A DNA stretch of 63,669 bases, filler included, from Octopus bimaculoides (taxonomy: Eukaryota): NCBI RefSeq assembly GCF_001194135.2. It is 7 parts of 6 records of this genome, joined end to end, with 100 filler letters (N's around TTAATTAATTAA, not from the genome) between each part and the next. Parts side by side here need not be neighbours in the genome. Positions count along the whole stretch, not along the records: positions 1 to 25,467 come from NC_068989.1; positions 25,568 to 32,615 come from NC_068986.1; 5 more parts are not named here. One strand, written 5' to 3'. Positions 14,591 to 28,867 of the stretch are shown here, piece by piece (the stretch's first letter is position 1; each line of letters opens with the position of its first letter). The notes under the pieces were generated by a model. That model saw nothing but the letters and a program-made list of their open reading frames with translations, did no database searches and was not told the origin of the DNA. The position numbers and the translations under genes are program-made.

Positions 14591-17500
14591 AANNNNNNNN
14601 NNNNNNNNNNNNNNNNNNNNNNNNNNNNNNNNNNNNNNNNNNNNNNNNNNNNNNNNNNNNNNNNNNNNNNNNNNNNNNNNNNNNNNNNNNNNTTTATATA
14701 TACACATACATACGTATATATATATACATATATTTGCATTGATATTTGCTTCTGTGCACGTGTGTGCGCGAGTGCATGCTTGCGTGAGTGCATGCTTGCG
14801 TGTAGGTGTATGTAAGCTTGCATATCTTAATGCACAGGGGAAATTTTGAGTGTCTGAAACGGAGAAGTATGAACACGTTCGTGCTGACACACTCATGTAC
14901 GAACTTACATGTGTATATGTCTTACATTACAGTACTCTAACTGCTTAAGCGGAAACGTTATCAGCTTTTTGTATAAGATAAAGAATGTTTTCCTTTATTC
15001 ACAAAAAGGAGATGATAACGATGTTTTACATGTGTTTGATTTATTGATAACCAACGTCAGAATAACGGTTAAAGTTTGCTGCATAAGCTGTTTTTTATGT
15101 TTAAAAAAATGTTTTTAAAAACGAGTAGATGTACAGAGGTTATGTGAAAGAGTCATGAAGTTACAGGAAACATACTTAAAACGTCAAAAAGTAAATAGAG
15201 AATGTGTGTATGGAAAATGATATATAGCACAGGCATGACAATAAGAACATGTTATTAACTTCGATAAACATATGTTGTTAACCAGGGTGGTTTGCTGAAA
15301 AGGTAACTTATTTCCTCTGAGAAGTTGCATATATGTGATTACTCAACCACCGTGAAATAGCAGCCAAATTTTCCTCAAATGATATTCTAATCTGCTGTTG
15401 AAATAGAAATGTTTGGATAATATACAAAGTATATGAATCAAAGATGGGCGAGGTAAAGCAGTGGTTCATTTGTACCCTAGGCTGATTGTGGATTAAACAA
15501 CTGCAATTTCAGCAACAAATTTCATTCCCAATAGGCTACATTCGCAAGTAATAAACAATCACTCTTAGGTATTTAGATATTCGCTTTCCAATTTGCAACG
15601 TAAAGGAGTGTAAAACTATTTCTGAGCTGCATACTTGTAAATTCCCACACTTTTATATAAATCCTAACATGATGCTACGTTGAATAGAGTTGATTTCTAA
15701 CTTCTGGATATATAATAATATCATTTTAGCGTTTCATTTCTGTCCTGCTTCATAACAGCGCATATTATTTCACTGCGGTTGTTGTAGTTTTTCTCCTTTT
15801 CAAGTATTGTTTTAGTCAAACCGTTCACCATGCAGACTCGATGCATGTTTATATTTCATATTTATAACGAGATTGTTAATTTGTAAACAGTAGAATAAAA
15901 TCAAACGCTTGATCGAAATTTCTAGTAACCAAAATTACCACCCTCAAATAGCAATAAATAGATAAGCACTGTTTCCTCACTCTATCATATCTGTATTGTG
16001 TTGGCATTGTTTATTCTCATTTATCTTGGTGACTCAGTGTAGATAAGGCGCTAAAGAGACATGGCAACCCGCTGGGAAAATTTGGAAAGCTTTGAACATT
16101 CAGAGACATTTGTGCTCTATAATGAAAGGACTGCTTCTAACAAAACACTATATCTTTCTCCGTACAAGATGTCTAACGCCTCCTGAACTACACTAATTGA
16201 AAAGTAACGCGTTATGGTTTTCTGTTTTCAAAATTGCTCCTTTAAAATGTCAAACCACGATGATGTTTCAAATTATTTTAGGGTCTCTAATAAAGAGGTG
16301 GCAAGCTCAAACCTATATTAAACCTTGACACATGAAGCAATTTTTAATTCATTGGTTAAATAAGCATGACAGGGCAAATGTTCATATTACCGGCAATCGG
16401 ATTTTTCTGGTCAGATTCGACCGTACCACAACGTTAACACATAATAGTAACAATTGAATTTTTTCGTTACGGTTTTATATTGCGTCTAGCCAACTTTATC
16501 ATTATATATATATATATATATACATGCACTCATACACACGCACACACACACACGCACGCATGCACGCAAGCACACACACACACACACACACACACGCACA
16601 TATATAAACATTTTGCTGACAACTCGCTCTCGATATAAACCGCTTGGGAAAATCTTAGCAGGATAGAAACAAAACTGCTGATGCTCAATAATTCATTGGA
16701 AAGGTTCCTGGCAAGAATGAGAAAATTGTGCAAATCATTTTATCCGATTTTCTAAAGCACTTAGTAACTACGATTTTTGTAGGAATTGATTTGGTTCAAT
16801 AATAAAGACGGTAGACAGTCTTCCAGTACATCCAAGTATACGAATGAAACAATTGCTATAATTGCATGTTTATCACAGACATATAAATCCAAGGTATTCA
16901 GACATATACATTGCTGGCTAAAGATTACCGACATATAGTGTATGACAATATATCATTACACTACAATGTATTAAAGCTCAACAGCATTCGGGATTTGGTA
17001 TTCAGAAAAGAAAAAATTTACGAAAGTCTTTTCAATAGTAAATTTCTTACTTCTTATTTAAAAATATTTCAGCTTGTTTTCTTTTAATTTCATAGGAAGT
17101 ATGTCGCTCATTTATACTAGCAAAGCCATTTATTGGTTTCGTCTATGGAATGGCATATTCGGACAATTACTGTCACATTCGGTTTTATAATCATATATTT
17201 AAGACGAGATAGACAGTCTCAGGTTTTATGTCGCGTACAGTATCTTTGAACATCAAACCGAAACGATTTTCAATTCATGTTGGAAGAATATTCTTATTCG
17301 CTTCTCGTGTCCGGAATGTTTTCTTATAACTTAATTTCGGAACTGTCTAAGTATTTACTCATTCCATTTATATATAGAGAAAAAGAATTCGTTATCTCAT
17401 TGATTCTTGCCAAGTCAACCAAGTAATGGGAAACAATTCAACAATGCATATATACACGACGATTTTCTCCCGTACTACAATTAGATAACAGGAATTAGGA

Positions 17501-17704
17501 TTTCTGAGCGCAATGTCTTGTGTTTTTGGTGATGCGACAGGATCCAACGTTGTGACAACTAGTAGCTGAAGAAGCTACTACCAAAAAAAAAAAAAAAAAA
17601 AATTACCGTAAAAGAGTAAAAGATTCTTCATGCTAAAAGTTTAAACAAAATAAATTGTTTTTATCGTTAGCCCATCCATACATTTGATTTTGCCTCTCTT
17701 CAAG

Positions 17705-18192
17705 ACTAACACACCACACTTTCTCGGCCCGAACTTCATTCCGATATCAGTACTGAAAGCCTACACCGTATAAATGAGGGAACTGACTTGGGTTTCATCT
17801 TTACCATAAAGTTTGAGGTCATCCATGATTAATATGTGGTTGACTTTTTGTTGGCGGCTTTTGAATACATAGCCAGATTTTGCTTTCCTCGGAATCAGTG
17901 TTAGTGTTATCAAGCACAGTACAAAGATCAGTGGGGACAGGCAGCCCATCCTTATTTCTACTGTCCCTAGCTTCTTCCGTATGCTGTCAGGTCCGTCCTC
18001 CAATTCATCATACTTTTTTCAAGCAATCGCTCACCATTCGTTGCAATACCAAATATGTTCATACACTCCATAATCCAAGAATTTGAGATCGTATCGTACG
18101 CCTTATGATAGTGGATCCATGTCATTTCCTCCTCTTGCAGTCTCTAAGTACAGTTTTGTCCATCACGTCTCCTAGTACAGTTTTGTCTATCA

Positions 18193-18195
<3 letters not shown>
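17705..18195 (-). mobile_element. R4/Dong-clade non-LTR retrotransposon reverse transcriptase fragment
   Basis: YDTISNSWIMECMNIFGIA...LGTVEIR..CLSPLIFVLCLITLTLIPRKAKSGYVFKSRQQKVNHILIMDDLKLYGKDETQVSSL (RT QGD.LSPLLF and MDDLKLY motifs). Confidence 0.9.
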
Positions 18196-18264
<69 letters not shown>

Positions 18265-18458
18265 TTATGTTTGACTTTTGTTTTGCATTTGTACAAGTTG
18301 GATCCAAGTCTCACCCAGAGACCTCAAGAGACAACAAGTTAGAAGTTCATGTAGGTGTTATGCCTGGGGTACCATATATTTGGATTTGTACAGTTTTGTT
18401 CAAGTGAATGTTTAAGAAACCATAAGAAAATTATGTGTTTGCTTTAAAATTTGAGATC
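18195..18458 (-). mobile_element. 3' end of a non-LTR element with (AAT)n tail, abutting the RT fragment
   Basis: Non-repetitive body runs on the minus strand directly into a ~70-bp (AAT)n tail; the 5' part is lost in a gap. Family assignment is inference. Confidence 0.55.
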
Positions 18459-19034
18459 NNNNNNNNNNNNNNNNNNNNNNNNNNNNNNNNNNNNNNNNNN
18501 NNNNNNNNNNNNNNNNNNNNNNNNNNNNNNNNNNNNNNNNNNNNNNNNNNNNNNNNNNNNNNNNNNNNNNNNNNNNNNNNNNNNNNNNNNNNNNNNNNNN
18601 NNNNNNNNNNNNNNNNNNNNNNNNNNNNNNNNNNNNNNNNNNNNNNNNNNNNNNNNNNNNNNNNNNNNNNNNNNNNNNNNNNNNNNNNNNNNNNNNNNNN
18701 NNNNNNNNNNNNNNNNNNNNNNNNNNNNNNNNNNNNNNNNNNNNNNNNNNNNNNNNNNNNNNNNNNNNNNNNNNNNNNNNNNNNNNNNNNNNNNNNNNNN
18801 NNNNNNNNNNNNNNNNNNNNNNNNNNNNNNNNNNNNNNNNNNNNNNNNNNNNNNNNNNNNNNNNNNNNNNNNNNNNNNNNNNNNNNNNNNNNNNNNNNNN
18901 NNNNNNNNNNNNNNNNNNNNNNNNNNNNNNNNNNNNNNNNNNNNNNNNNNNNNNNNNNNNNNNNNNNNNNNNNNNNNNNNNNNNNNNNNNNNNNNNNNNN
19001 NNNNNNNNNNNNNNNNNNNNNNNNNNNNNNNNNN

Positions 19035-19066
<32 letters not shown>

Positions 19067-19741
19067 CGACACAAGCATAGATATATATATGGAGAGAGTG
19101 AAACAGAGACACAGAGAGATATGATAGACCTATTTCTGTGTGTGCGTATGAGTGTGTTTGTGTGTGTGTGCGTGCGTGTGTGTGTGTGTGTATGTGTGTG
19201 TGTATTGTACCCTTATGCCCGAAAAGGTGTTATATTTATGTGATTAATCCGCGGAAACTATATTATTAAATGCCCATCGTTGCCTCCAGTTTAATCATTG
19301 AAATATATATGGATAGTTTAATTTTCTTATCATGCATTTAATAAAATATAACTCAGTGGTTTTATATCCTATTAATATTGATTTATAGTGCACAGGAATT
19401 TTAACTCATATATATCATTTTATTTCTACTATAGGATTCTCCTGGGTTCGGCATATTAATTCATATATATTATTTATGTTTTTGTCTTCATCACTTTTGA
19501 AAAACCTTAAATGTATAATATTAACAGTCGATTCAATTTAATCTTTTTAGACATAAAATGAGGGTGATTTTTTTTTTTTACCTCTGTTATATGTTTTTAA
19601 AAGTTGCAATGTCATTCCAAGTATTTTGTTAATTACAGATGCCAATAAGTATAAGTTTCTCAATAAATTTCTAGCACAAACCTATCCTTTGAGGTATTAT
19701 GACAATACGTTTTCTTTAGCATTAAATATATGATTTTTCGA

Positions 19742-19760
19742 GTTCAATTCCAGGCAGTGA

Positions 19761-19820
<60 letters not shown>

Positions 19821-20669
19821 CATCGAAATATACCTTAGGAATGAGAACGCCGGTTCGAAATTTCCCCAAGACACCTGATGAAGCCTGGAGGGTATATCAG
19901 CCGAAACGTTGTGTTAACAACAAACAAGATGAGGACAAATATCCGTCAGATGTAAATAATGTAAAACAATCAGTTTCGAGGAACGGAGGGCAGTGCATTG
20001 CTTTCCTTGAACCGTGAAAGAGTGAGCGAGAGAAAGAGAGTGAGACAGAGAATGAGACAGAGAGGAGAGGGAAGTTAGAGACGAACAGATCGAATGCAAC
20101 AAATCTGTGACCAGACGCTCCAGTGTGTCACTGGGTCATTTATGCCACTGCGCTGCATTCCCGTTGTTAAATTTTCTATTTCTTGTTTGTGCTTAATTAC
20201 AGCAGCAATATCTCAGGTGTTGATGCTGCACACTATTCAGAATTGATATTTCTTGCATTAATATTTTATGTCCAATAAAAGTACACTGTTCTAAATTGAA
20301 AGAAGATATATTTAATAATTATAATAAGCAATTCAATAAACACCACTGTATGACAAAAAAATTATAGGTTCAAACATGGGTTTAACGGTCATGTTAAATG
20401 AGTCATGTATCAAATTTGCAAACAATAAATTTTCCTACATTATTTACATTACTTACATTGGCGGAAATTTGTCCTCATCTTGTTTGTTGTTAACATAACG
20501 TTTCGGCTGATGAAGGCTGGAGGGTATTTCCAGCCTTCATCAGGTGTCTTGGGGAAATTTCGACCATGGGTTCTCAATCCTAAGGTATTTTACGATGGGC
20601 ATATGATGTAGTAGGTAGGCGCGCGGGCTACTAACCCCAAGATTCCGAGTTCGATTCCAAGCAGTGACC

Positions 20670-20711
<42 letters not shown>

Positions 20712-21040
20712 TTTCTAAATCTCTCTAAAGGAGACTACGCCAGCGGTACTGGATATTAATAGCTATCGCCAGGCTAACATGGCAGGCCAGGAAAATAGGA
20801 CGAATTCTGCCGTTGATTAGCTCCATGAAGCCATCGCCTCTAGCTAGTTAAGTGAACCTGCTGGTTTCGGCTGCTCTGCATTGGTAAGAACCCACGTTCG
20901 AAATTTCTCCCAAGACACCTGATGAAGGCTGGAGGGTATATCAGTCGAAACGTTGTGTTAACAAGATGAGGACAAATATCCGTCAAATGCAAATAATGTA
21001 AATAATGTACATAATTCCTCATATCTTAAATATAGAACTG
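19742..21040. mobile_element. Cluster of Penelope-like terminal repeats (19820-19965 +, 20420-20590 -, 20897-21040 +) with short tRNA-like heads and (AAT)n tracts
   Basis: Three copies of TTCGAAATTTC.CCAAGACACCTGATGAAG.CTGGAGGGTATATCAG.CGAAACGTTGTGTTAACAA. CTGATGAAG...CGAAACG is typical of PLE ends. A tRNA-like GAGTTCGATTCC occurs at ~20645. Confidence 0.65.
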
Positions 21041-21129
21041 GAATAAATTTTCGCTTAAAATTTTTAACTGAAGTAAGACTTTAAACTGCACCCGGTAGTC
21101 GGGCCTTAGTACGGGGCACCAAGCTTTTG

Positions 21130-21660
21130 AAGTGTGTGAAACCACATCTTAGCACTTATTGTTCGCAGCTCTGTTCTGACCCGGAGTAATAGAACCTGTG
21201 AATGTTGTAGCTATGGGTTAACTAGAACGTGTACCTGTCACTTCAAAATCTGGTTACATCTGCTCCAACAATTAACAATCGAAGAAAAATAAGATGCTGC
21301 GGATTACACTATCCCAAAGTGTGAATAATCGTGATCGGGGACCACATGAGATCTTGTATTGCCACTGAAACTCCGAACATAAAATCTACACACCTCAACA
21401 ACGAATGACGAATACAACAACGGCGTTCGCATTATCCGAGGCGTTTGCTCACCCAGGAGAAGAATTTGTCAAATTTTTAAAGCTGAATTTCAGGGCTGCA
21501 TATAGAAACTTTACCTTATGCTTGGCTGTTGGATGTGATCATCGTTCTTAATGGGTGTAGTGAACGCCGACTCAACCCACTCCGGGTGAATTCCAGCGCA
21601 AGTACCCCTAACTAAGTACATGCAGAAGCGAACGCGGATTATCAGCTTATTTCATTTATG
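21130..21660 (+). mobile_element. Probable CR1/L2 LINE 3' fragment
   Basis: VKPHLSTYCSQLCS (cf. VRPHLEYCSQVWS) and LQQLTIEEK*DAAD (cf. LNLPTLEQRRLRAD). Confidence 0.5.
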
Positions 21661-22527
21661 ATAAAATATAGATTTATTAGGCGTTCGTAACATATTGATT
21701 TAAGAAATTATTCATGGTAATCTATCACACTTAACTTAAGTGACCCAGCTTCAGTTAATGTGAGCTAGTCATAGAGTACAGTTCTTGTTATATGTTGTAA
21801 TACGTCACCCTCCTGGCTATCGGATTTCTTTAAGATTTAATATGTTTTTCTATGAAAAATAAAGTTTCTGCACTGAAGCATCTGACAATGCAACCGATTT
21901 ACATCATTGATCAATAACTAATAATTTTATAGTTCTTAAGTAAATTTTATGTGACGGTTGAGATTTAAAATGAATTATTTCTACGTTTGTTTCTTCTGCA
22001 CTAAACCTTAATTAAATATAGTTGACTACGTTTAAAGATAATTCATTGTTCCTGTTGTTGTTATTGTTGTTGATAATTTTTGCTTCGCATCATACAAACA
22101 ATAACTTAACATTTGTTTCCAAATTAATTTTATCCCAACTGTTAGACATCACAATTTTTCTTTGATTTGACTTCTGTCTTTTGAGTAAAAAGAAAAAAAA
22201 TAATGTTTTATTAGACATTTTCATTGATAGCATTTCAGTTATATATTGAAGTCATTTCAGAGTTTAAGAAAGACAAAATACTAGTGTTTATAAAAATAGA
22301 AATAATATTCTCATCATTATATAGCAAGAAATATATGACATTTATGAAACAGACCAAGCAATATTTCAAATTTATTAATATATATAATCAGTCTATTAAA
22401 AATGATCGAAGAAAATTTTATGTCATTTATAATTTTGATATACATGTCTATTTTAATCAATCGGTATGTGTGTATCTTTCTCATATGTATACACATGTGT
22501 GTAATTTGTGTGTATGTCAGTATATTC

Positions 22528-22567
<40 letters not shown>

Positions 22568-22635
22568 NNNNNNNNNNNNNNNNNNNNNNNNNNNNNGTGT
22601 GTGTGTGTGTGCGTGTGTGTGTGTGTTTGCGTGTG

Positions 22636-22798
22636 TGTTGTGTCGACGCCCCAATCGAAGAAGTAGGATCACCCAAGACATATAGATAGAGGCAGTCTGA
22701 CCGTGGTAGGGAGTTGAGTAACAATTGAGTAGCAGTCGGTTAGCTGTTGAGTAGAGATCATCCGAAGGTGCTAGATAGCAGTAGCTTGAGACATAGCA
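22636..22798 (+). mobile_element. Solo LTR, copy 1 (orientation arbitrary)
   Basis: TG...CA termini, imperfect 5-bp TSD GTGTG/GTATG, and reverse-complement similarity to 54669-54832. Confidence 0.7.
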
Positions 22799-22829
22799 GT
22801 ATGTATGTATGTGTGTGTGTGTAAACATT

Positions 22830-24030
22830 TATATAACCAGGAATTTTTACAATCCACATCAATATATCAATTATATGTGTACATTCCTTCCTTTTTAAAG
22901 ACCTTAGCACATTTCCGTCCACAAGATTCGAATAACTTTTCACATTGTTTTGACATAATTTTATTCTATTCTTCCTAAGGTTTTCGCCACAAAACCGTAA
23001 AATCCGCAGACCGGTGCCATCTGATCTTATCGCCAATATCTTCCATAAGTTTTCAATGAGATTAAGGTCAGGGCTCTGAGATGGCCAACACATTACAGTA
23101 ATATTTTCAGTTTCAAAGATATCCTTAACTATTTTAGGACCATGTCATGACGCATAATCCTTTACAAATATTAGCTGATGAGTTGGAAATGACCTTATAG
23201 CTGGCAAACACATGATGCAGAACGATGGATCTGGAACAATGGCCCAACACCTGCAGCAGGAATCACTACCCACACCATTGAACCTCCACTTCCAGACTTC
23301 ACTGACTTCGTCACGCATTTAGGGAATAATCTTTCACTTTTACGACGTTTCACGTATTGTCCACCATCGGAGCCAAACATATTGAAACTGCTTTTGTCAC
23401 TGAAAAACACATCAGTTGCGGTTCTGATGAGAGGTTTAGTAGCGGGGAAAAATGCATCAAGTCCAACTTCATTCAAACAATAAACCACAGTCTTCCGAGA
23501 CACACTCATTCCTTCATCACAGTTTACTTAGCAAGAAATTCCTGCTGCTGTACTGCAACTATCTCTTAACGACAGACTCTGAATCACACGGTCTTGCTAA
23601 ACACTTGTTTTTCGTAGTCTCTCTCGTTTTTTCTAATGAAATAAATTAGCTACTTTCTTCAAGCAATACTCTGTAATGTGTTAATGTCTCTGGCAATAGT
23701 AGAAATTGCCATTCCCTCTCTTTTCAAAATGACCACCCACTTCTTAAGTCTGTCATCAATTCTACGTTGGCATTTCATGGTTGTAAAATCACTAGTGTTC
23801 AATACAAATTTTCACACTGTTAGGTCAACTTAGTTTACATCGGACGGAGTGTTGGCAGATTTTGCTTTTTGAATTTTACACCATTTATTTTTTTTAGTTT
23901 TGTCCATCACGTATTTTTCAAATAGACATATTCTCTATTACAAATTATTCAGTTATTAATCACATCCTACAAATTTTATTGTAAAACATGAACACATTTT
24001 AAAGTATGTACAGTAAAAATCCCATTCGGA
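22830..24030 (-). mobile_element. Tc1-like transposon, internally deleted and pseudogenised
   Basis: VFFSDKSSFNMFGSDGGQYVKRRKSERLFPKCVTKSVKSGSGGSMVW and WPSQSPDLNLIENLWKIL are Tc1 DD34E motifs. Element boundaries are approximate. Confidence 0.92.
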
Positions 24031-24126
24031 AAAGTCAAGTAGAAATGGAAATATCTTTAAATTTTTATTTTCGTTCTCTAATTTTGGCCATTACAACACA
24101 CACACACACACACACANNNNNNNNNN

Positions 24127-24181
<55 letters not shown>

Positions 24182-25424
24182 TTGTGTATGTGTGTGGGGG
24201 TGTAGAATGTTGAAAAGGAACACACGTGTTGATATGTATAAGGAGAAAAGTCAAGGTAGGAAACGCTAAAATAATTTTATCGTAAAATACATTCTAGTAC
24301 CGCTATCAGTCATTGAGTGTATAACTTTTATATACACATATTATATGTGTGTGTAAAGATCATAAATGACGTAGTCAACGAGCAAATGAGGAAAAAAAAA
24401 GAATGACAACGAATATGTAGATATTTTTTCTTAAAAGATATATTTCAGACGTCAATCTAGATAAATATACTGGCATATAACATGGATTTGACAGCAATTG
24501 AATGCAGCAAATGGCGGAAGGGTACCTGCTGGACACAAACCAAACATTTCAAGCAATAGTTATTCAGTTTACTGTAATATCAGTCATTACACTCAATACA
24601 TTGTCCGACTTTCGTCCTTTCAAATTAGAAGCTTAAAATTTACTAGCGAGACGACAATTTTGTTTACATTTGAAAGTAAGAATTGAGGCCTCAGGAATTA
24701 TATCACATCTTTTTATTGTGTTTTCCTTTCGACCAAGCATATGAAACGGAGTATATAATCAACAGAAAGATCCCTTGCCCGAAAAGTTGGGCTAGCGGGC
24801 TAGTCAAAATATAATGTCAAGCACTGAATAGACCAATGATTAAATGATATATATATATAAAAAAAAAATTTCTTCAGAAGTGGCGTAAGATACAAACGCC
24901 GGCTGGGAATACGCTGTCAGCAATAACTCCAGAAAAAATCTATCCTGGGATTAAGAAAAGCATATAAAGGCAAATAGCAAGGAAATCTATCAATGAAGAG
25001 CAGGAAAATATTACTGATTATCTTTAGAAATATACCTATAATGTATCCCTATGAGAGGGGCAAAGTTTCAAAATAGAGAAGGGCAGTTTTATTCTTAAAT
25101 ACAATCAAATGACAGAAACACGACCGAGGCAGTGAATATGAAAATGATTTAAAAAGAAACAAGATTAGACATATAGGATACATATAGATAAGAAGATGAA
25201 TACCCTGTAGGTGGACACATTTACTACAAGTCTAATGTAGTGGTGAAAAGCAAAAATAAATAACAGACAGAAAACAAAATAAAAGATACAATCACAAAGA
25301 CTATATCAGAAAACTATTGACGTAAAGAAGTCGATGGACAATCGAAAAACAAGTGAAAGCAAACATATAAAGATATGTATGTGTTTGCGTATATATACAT
25401 GTATATATATATACACTCACAGAC

Positions 25425-25467
<43 letters not shown>

Positions 25468-25567
25468 NNNNNNNNNNNNNNNNNNNNNNNNNNNNNNNNN
25501 NNNNNNNNNNNTTAATTAATTAANNNNNNNNNNNNNNNNNNNNNNNNNNNNNNNNNNNNNNNNNNNN
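25468..25567. other. Artificial 100-bp assembly linker (44N-TTAATTAATTAA-44N); also 32616-32715, 43010-43109, 51966-52065, 56277-56376, 60414-60513
   Basis: Six occurrences with identical geometry. The palindromic core puts stop codons in all six frames. Confidence 0.95.
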
Positions 25568-25613
<46 letters not shown>

Positions 25614-25783
25614 ACACACATATATATATATATATGTATATATATGTATATATGTACGCATTTATGTGTATATATATACCGTCATATATATCTATACATG
25701 TCTATATCAATCTATCTATCTATATATATATATATACCCATATAAATATATATATATTTTATGTGTATGTATATGTATGTGTG

Positions 25784-25838
<55 letters not shown>

Positions 25839-26589
25839 ATATATATATATGTATTATGTATGTATGTATGTATATATATCTATATATGTCTATATCTATC
25901 TATCTATCTATATATATATATATATTTATATATATATACCCACATAAATATATATATTTTATGTGTATGTATATGTGTGTAGGTATGTGTGTAGGTACGT
26001 ACGTTTGTATGTATCCAATGTAGGAAGTGCCAGTAATATGGAAGACAGTGAGTGTGATATACAGAATGTATTGTGATATACAGAAGAAAAAAAAAAGAAA
26101 TTTATAAAATATTTTTCACTGTCACTTGAAATTTTGCGACCGGTTAGTTCGAATAACGATCTGTGAAGTTCTAGCATGCAATTATATATATATTTATGTA
26201 TCTAACAATACTCTATTTTACGTGGTAAAGTGCATCTAACGTATTCCATGTAGTGAAGGAATTCGTTCCTTCGTTCAAAATCTTAAATATATTCGTTCGC
26301 GCTTCACTGTTTCGTTTTGATGCAGCAGCATTCCTGCGTATTTATTCCCAATCATTTCGCTATATGGCAATACATTGCAACCGTACAACGTAGAAGTCCA
26401 CTTACCTGTGTCTCCGTTTCTTCTTCTTTTTTTTGCCCCCTCCACCTCCAGGACTTTCCAAACTATCTAACGTCCGTTTGTCACTCAAACCATTTTCCAG
26501 AACTGAAAAAGAAACAAATAATAACAAATAATAATAATAATGATAAAAATAATAATGATAATAATAATAATAATAATAATGATGGTTTC

Positions 26590-26944
26590 AAATGTTGCCA
26601 CCAAGGGAAGCAATTTGGGGGGAGGGGATAAGTCAATTTGATCGATCCCAGTGTTTCAATGGTACTTAATTTATCGAGCCCGAAAGGCTGAAAAGCAAAG
26701 TCGATCTCGGCGGAATTAGAACTCAGAACGCAGCGACGGGTGAAATACCGCTAAGCATCTTGTCCAGTGTGCTAATGATTCTACCGGCTCTGTTACCTTC
26801 ATAATGATGATGATGATGATGATGATGAAGATGATGATGATGATAACGCCGATGACAGCGATGACGACGACGACGACTGTACAGTGTTGTCCCGGGTATA
26901 AAAATCGATTGGACGCTCAGGCCCGGAAATTCTTTGACCATAGT

Positions 26945-27000
<56 letters not shown>

Positions 27001-27305
27001 CAATAATAATAAACGACATCATTGCCATCATTATCAACAACAACAGCAACAAAAGTAATCGAGGAAGAAAATTTACAAGCAAAATAAACACCAGTCTGGT
27101 TTCAATATTAATATTTAAGGTGGCGGCGAGCTGACACAATCGTTTGCGTGCCGTGCAAAATCCTTGGCTTCAAATTCCGCCCAGATCGGCTTTGCCTTTG
27201 ATCCTTTCGAAGTCGATAAAATAAGGACCAGTTGCGCATTGGGGTCAATGTAATTGGCTTAAGTTCTCACCCCAAATCGCTGACCTAGTGCCAAAATCTG
27301 AAAAA
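26590..27305. mobile_element. Two SINE family A copies in opposite orientation (26590-26800 -, 27116-27305 +) separated by trinucleotide tracts
   Basis: Similarity to 513-922. Confidence 0.8.
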
Positions 27306-28365
27306 CCAATATTAATAACTAAGAAGAGGAATTTATTTATTTATTTATTTATTTTGGAAGATAATTAATGTCCATGACTACAATAGTCGTGATGTTGATG
27401 ATGATGATGATGATGGTGGTGGTGGGGGTGTAGTGGGGTGGGGGTGATGATGGTGATGATGATGGTGATGATGATGATGAGGAGGAGGAGGACTAAAGTG
27501 ATGGTGGGATGATAAGCTCCGAGTTGTTGAAATCAGGTCGATAATATGAGTATCAGTGAATAGGTAGTAACGGACAGTAAACCCCTGAGTGTGATACCGC
27601 GAAATGAGCATAATCAACCGACCCTGTCCTGTAATAGAACTGATGAATGTACAGTGAATTATGGCGGGAATATGTGGTTAAGTCAGATTGATGAGGATTT
27701 CAACACAGAAATGAGCCGCCGTTACTAAGTTTCGAATTGTAGGAAGCAGCTCTTTAGCACTTGCGTTGCAGGCTTGAATACTAGTTAACAGTGAAAGTAC
27801 TATGATACATTATACTTCTCAGCCATTATACTGACTTTTATTTGTATATTTATTCATTTATATACTTATTTACCCATTAATTAATTTAAATATTTCTGAG
27901 GCCGTATTCCACCAATGACAGGGAAATCACCAACTGTGAAAGTGGCACTTAAGTACCAGACTTAAGTACTGGGATCGGTACAATCGCATAAAATGCCTGA
28001 AGGCGTTTAGCATGGGGTGCGGTTGCAGTCCACTGCCTGAAACAAGTTAAAGGGGAAAAAAAGAAGACTCCAAATCTCTTCGCATACGAGACCGGAGCGT
28101 GATTTTGGTGTGCTAACATAGATTTGTTTTTCAATACTTGTTTTTGTAATTTTAGTCTTTAGGCAGCCGGCATACTTGGTCTCTGCATTCTAGGATTTTA
28201 AAAACTATATCGAATCGAGTGTTTTACTTGGCATAATTCAGTAATTACAAGGCATCTATGGTTAAGTCCGGTTAGATGGAAAGTTCCAAAATGGGTTTCC
28301 TTTCGACGCCTCGAATTAATGTCGATGTCGGTACACTCACAAATACGTTCACCCACACACAGGGG

Positions 28366-28407
<42 letters not shown>

Positions 28408-28571
28408 CGCTCTCGCTCTATTTCTCTCTCTTTCTATCTATCTATACACACACACATGTGTATATAGTATATATATACATATTACTATTTTATTAAAGCT
28501 GAAAAGAAAATTTCACAAACTGTTACAGTTACACAGAGATTCACGAGACCGTTCGTCAGAGTTGTGATATG

Positions 28572-28687
<116 letters not shown>

Positions 28688-28867
28688 TGTGTCTGCGTGT
28701 TGTTTGTGTATGTGTGTGTGTGTGCATGTATATGCATGTAATTCATGCATACGTATATAAACAACGGGCTTTCTTATAGCTTACTCAATGCTTCGAATCG
28801 ACCTTCTTAGCCATACAACTATGCCTAAGTCCATCTACGTCACAAGTTCCCATTTTTCTTTTTTTAG

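Noticed and set aside
16064-16189. 41-aa smORF MATRWENLESFEH... downstream of an AP-1-like TGACTCA
   Set aside because: The length is expected by chance and there is no homology or splice support.
25512-25523. Recurrent TTAATTAATTAA as a biological motif or piggyBac site
   Set aside because: It is always centred in exactly 44+44 Ns, so it is an assembly spacer.
27565-27730. 54-codon open frame VVTDSKPLSVIPRNEHNQPTLSC...
   Set aside because: No start codon or convincing acceptor/donor pair, and no recognised motif.
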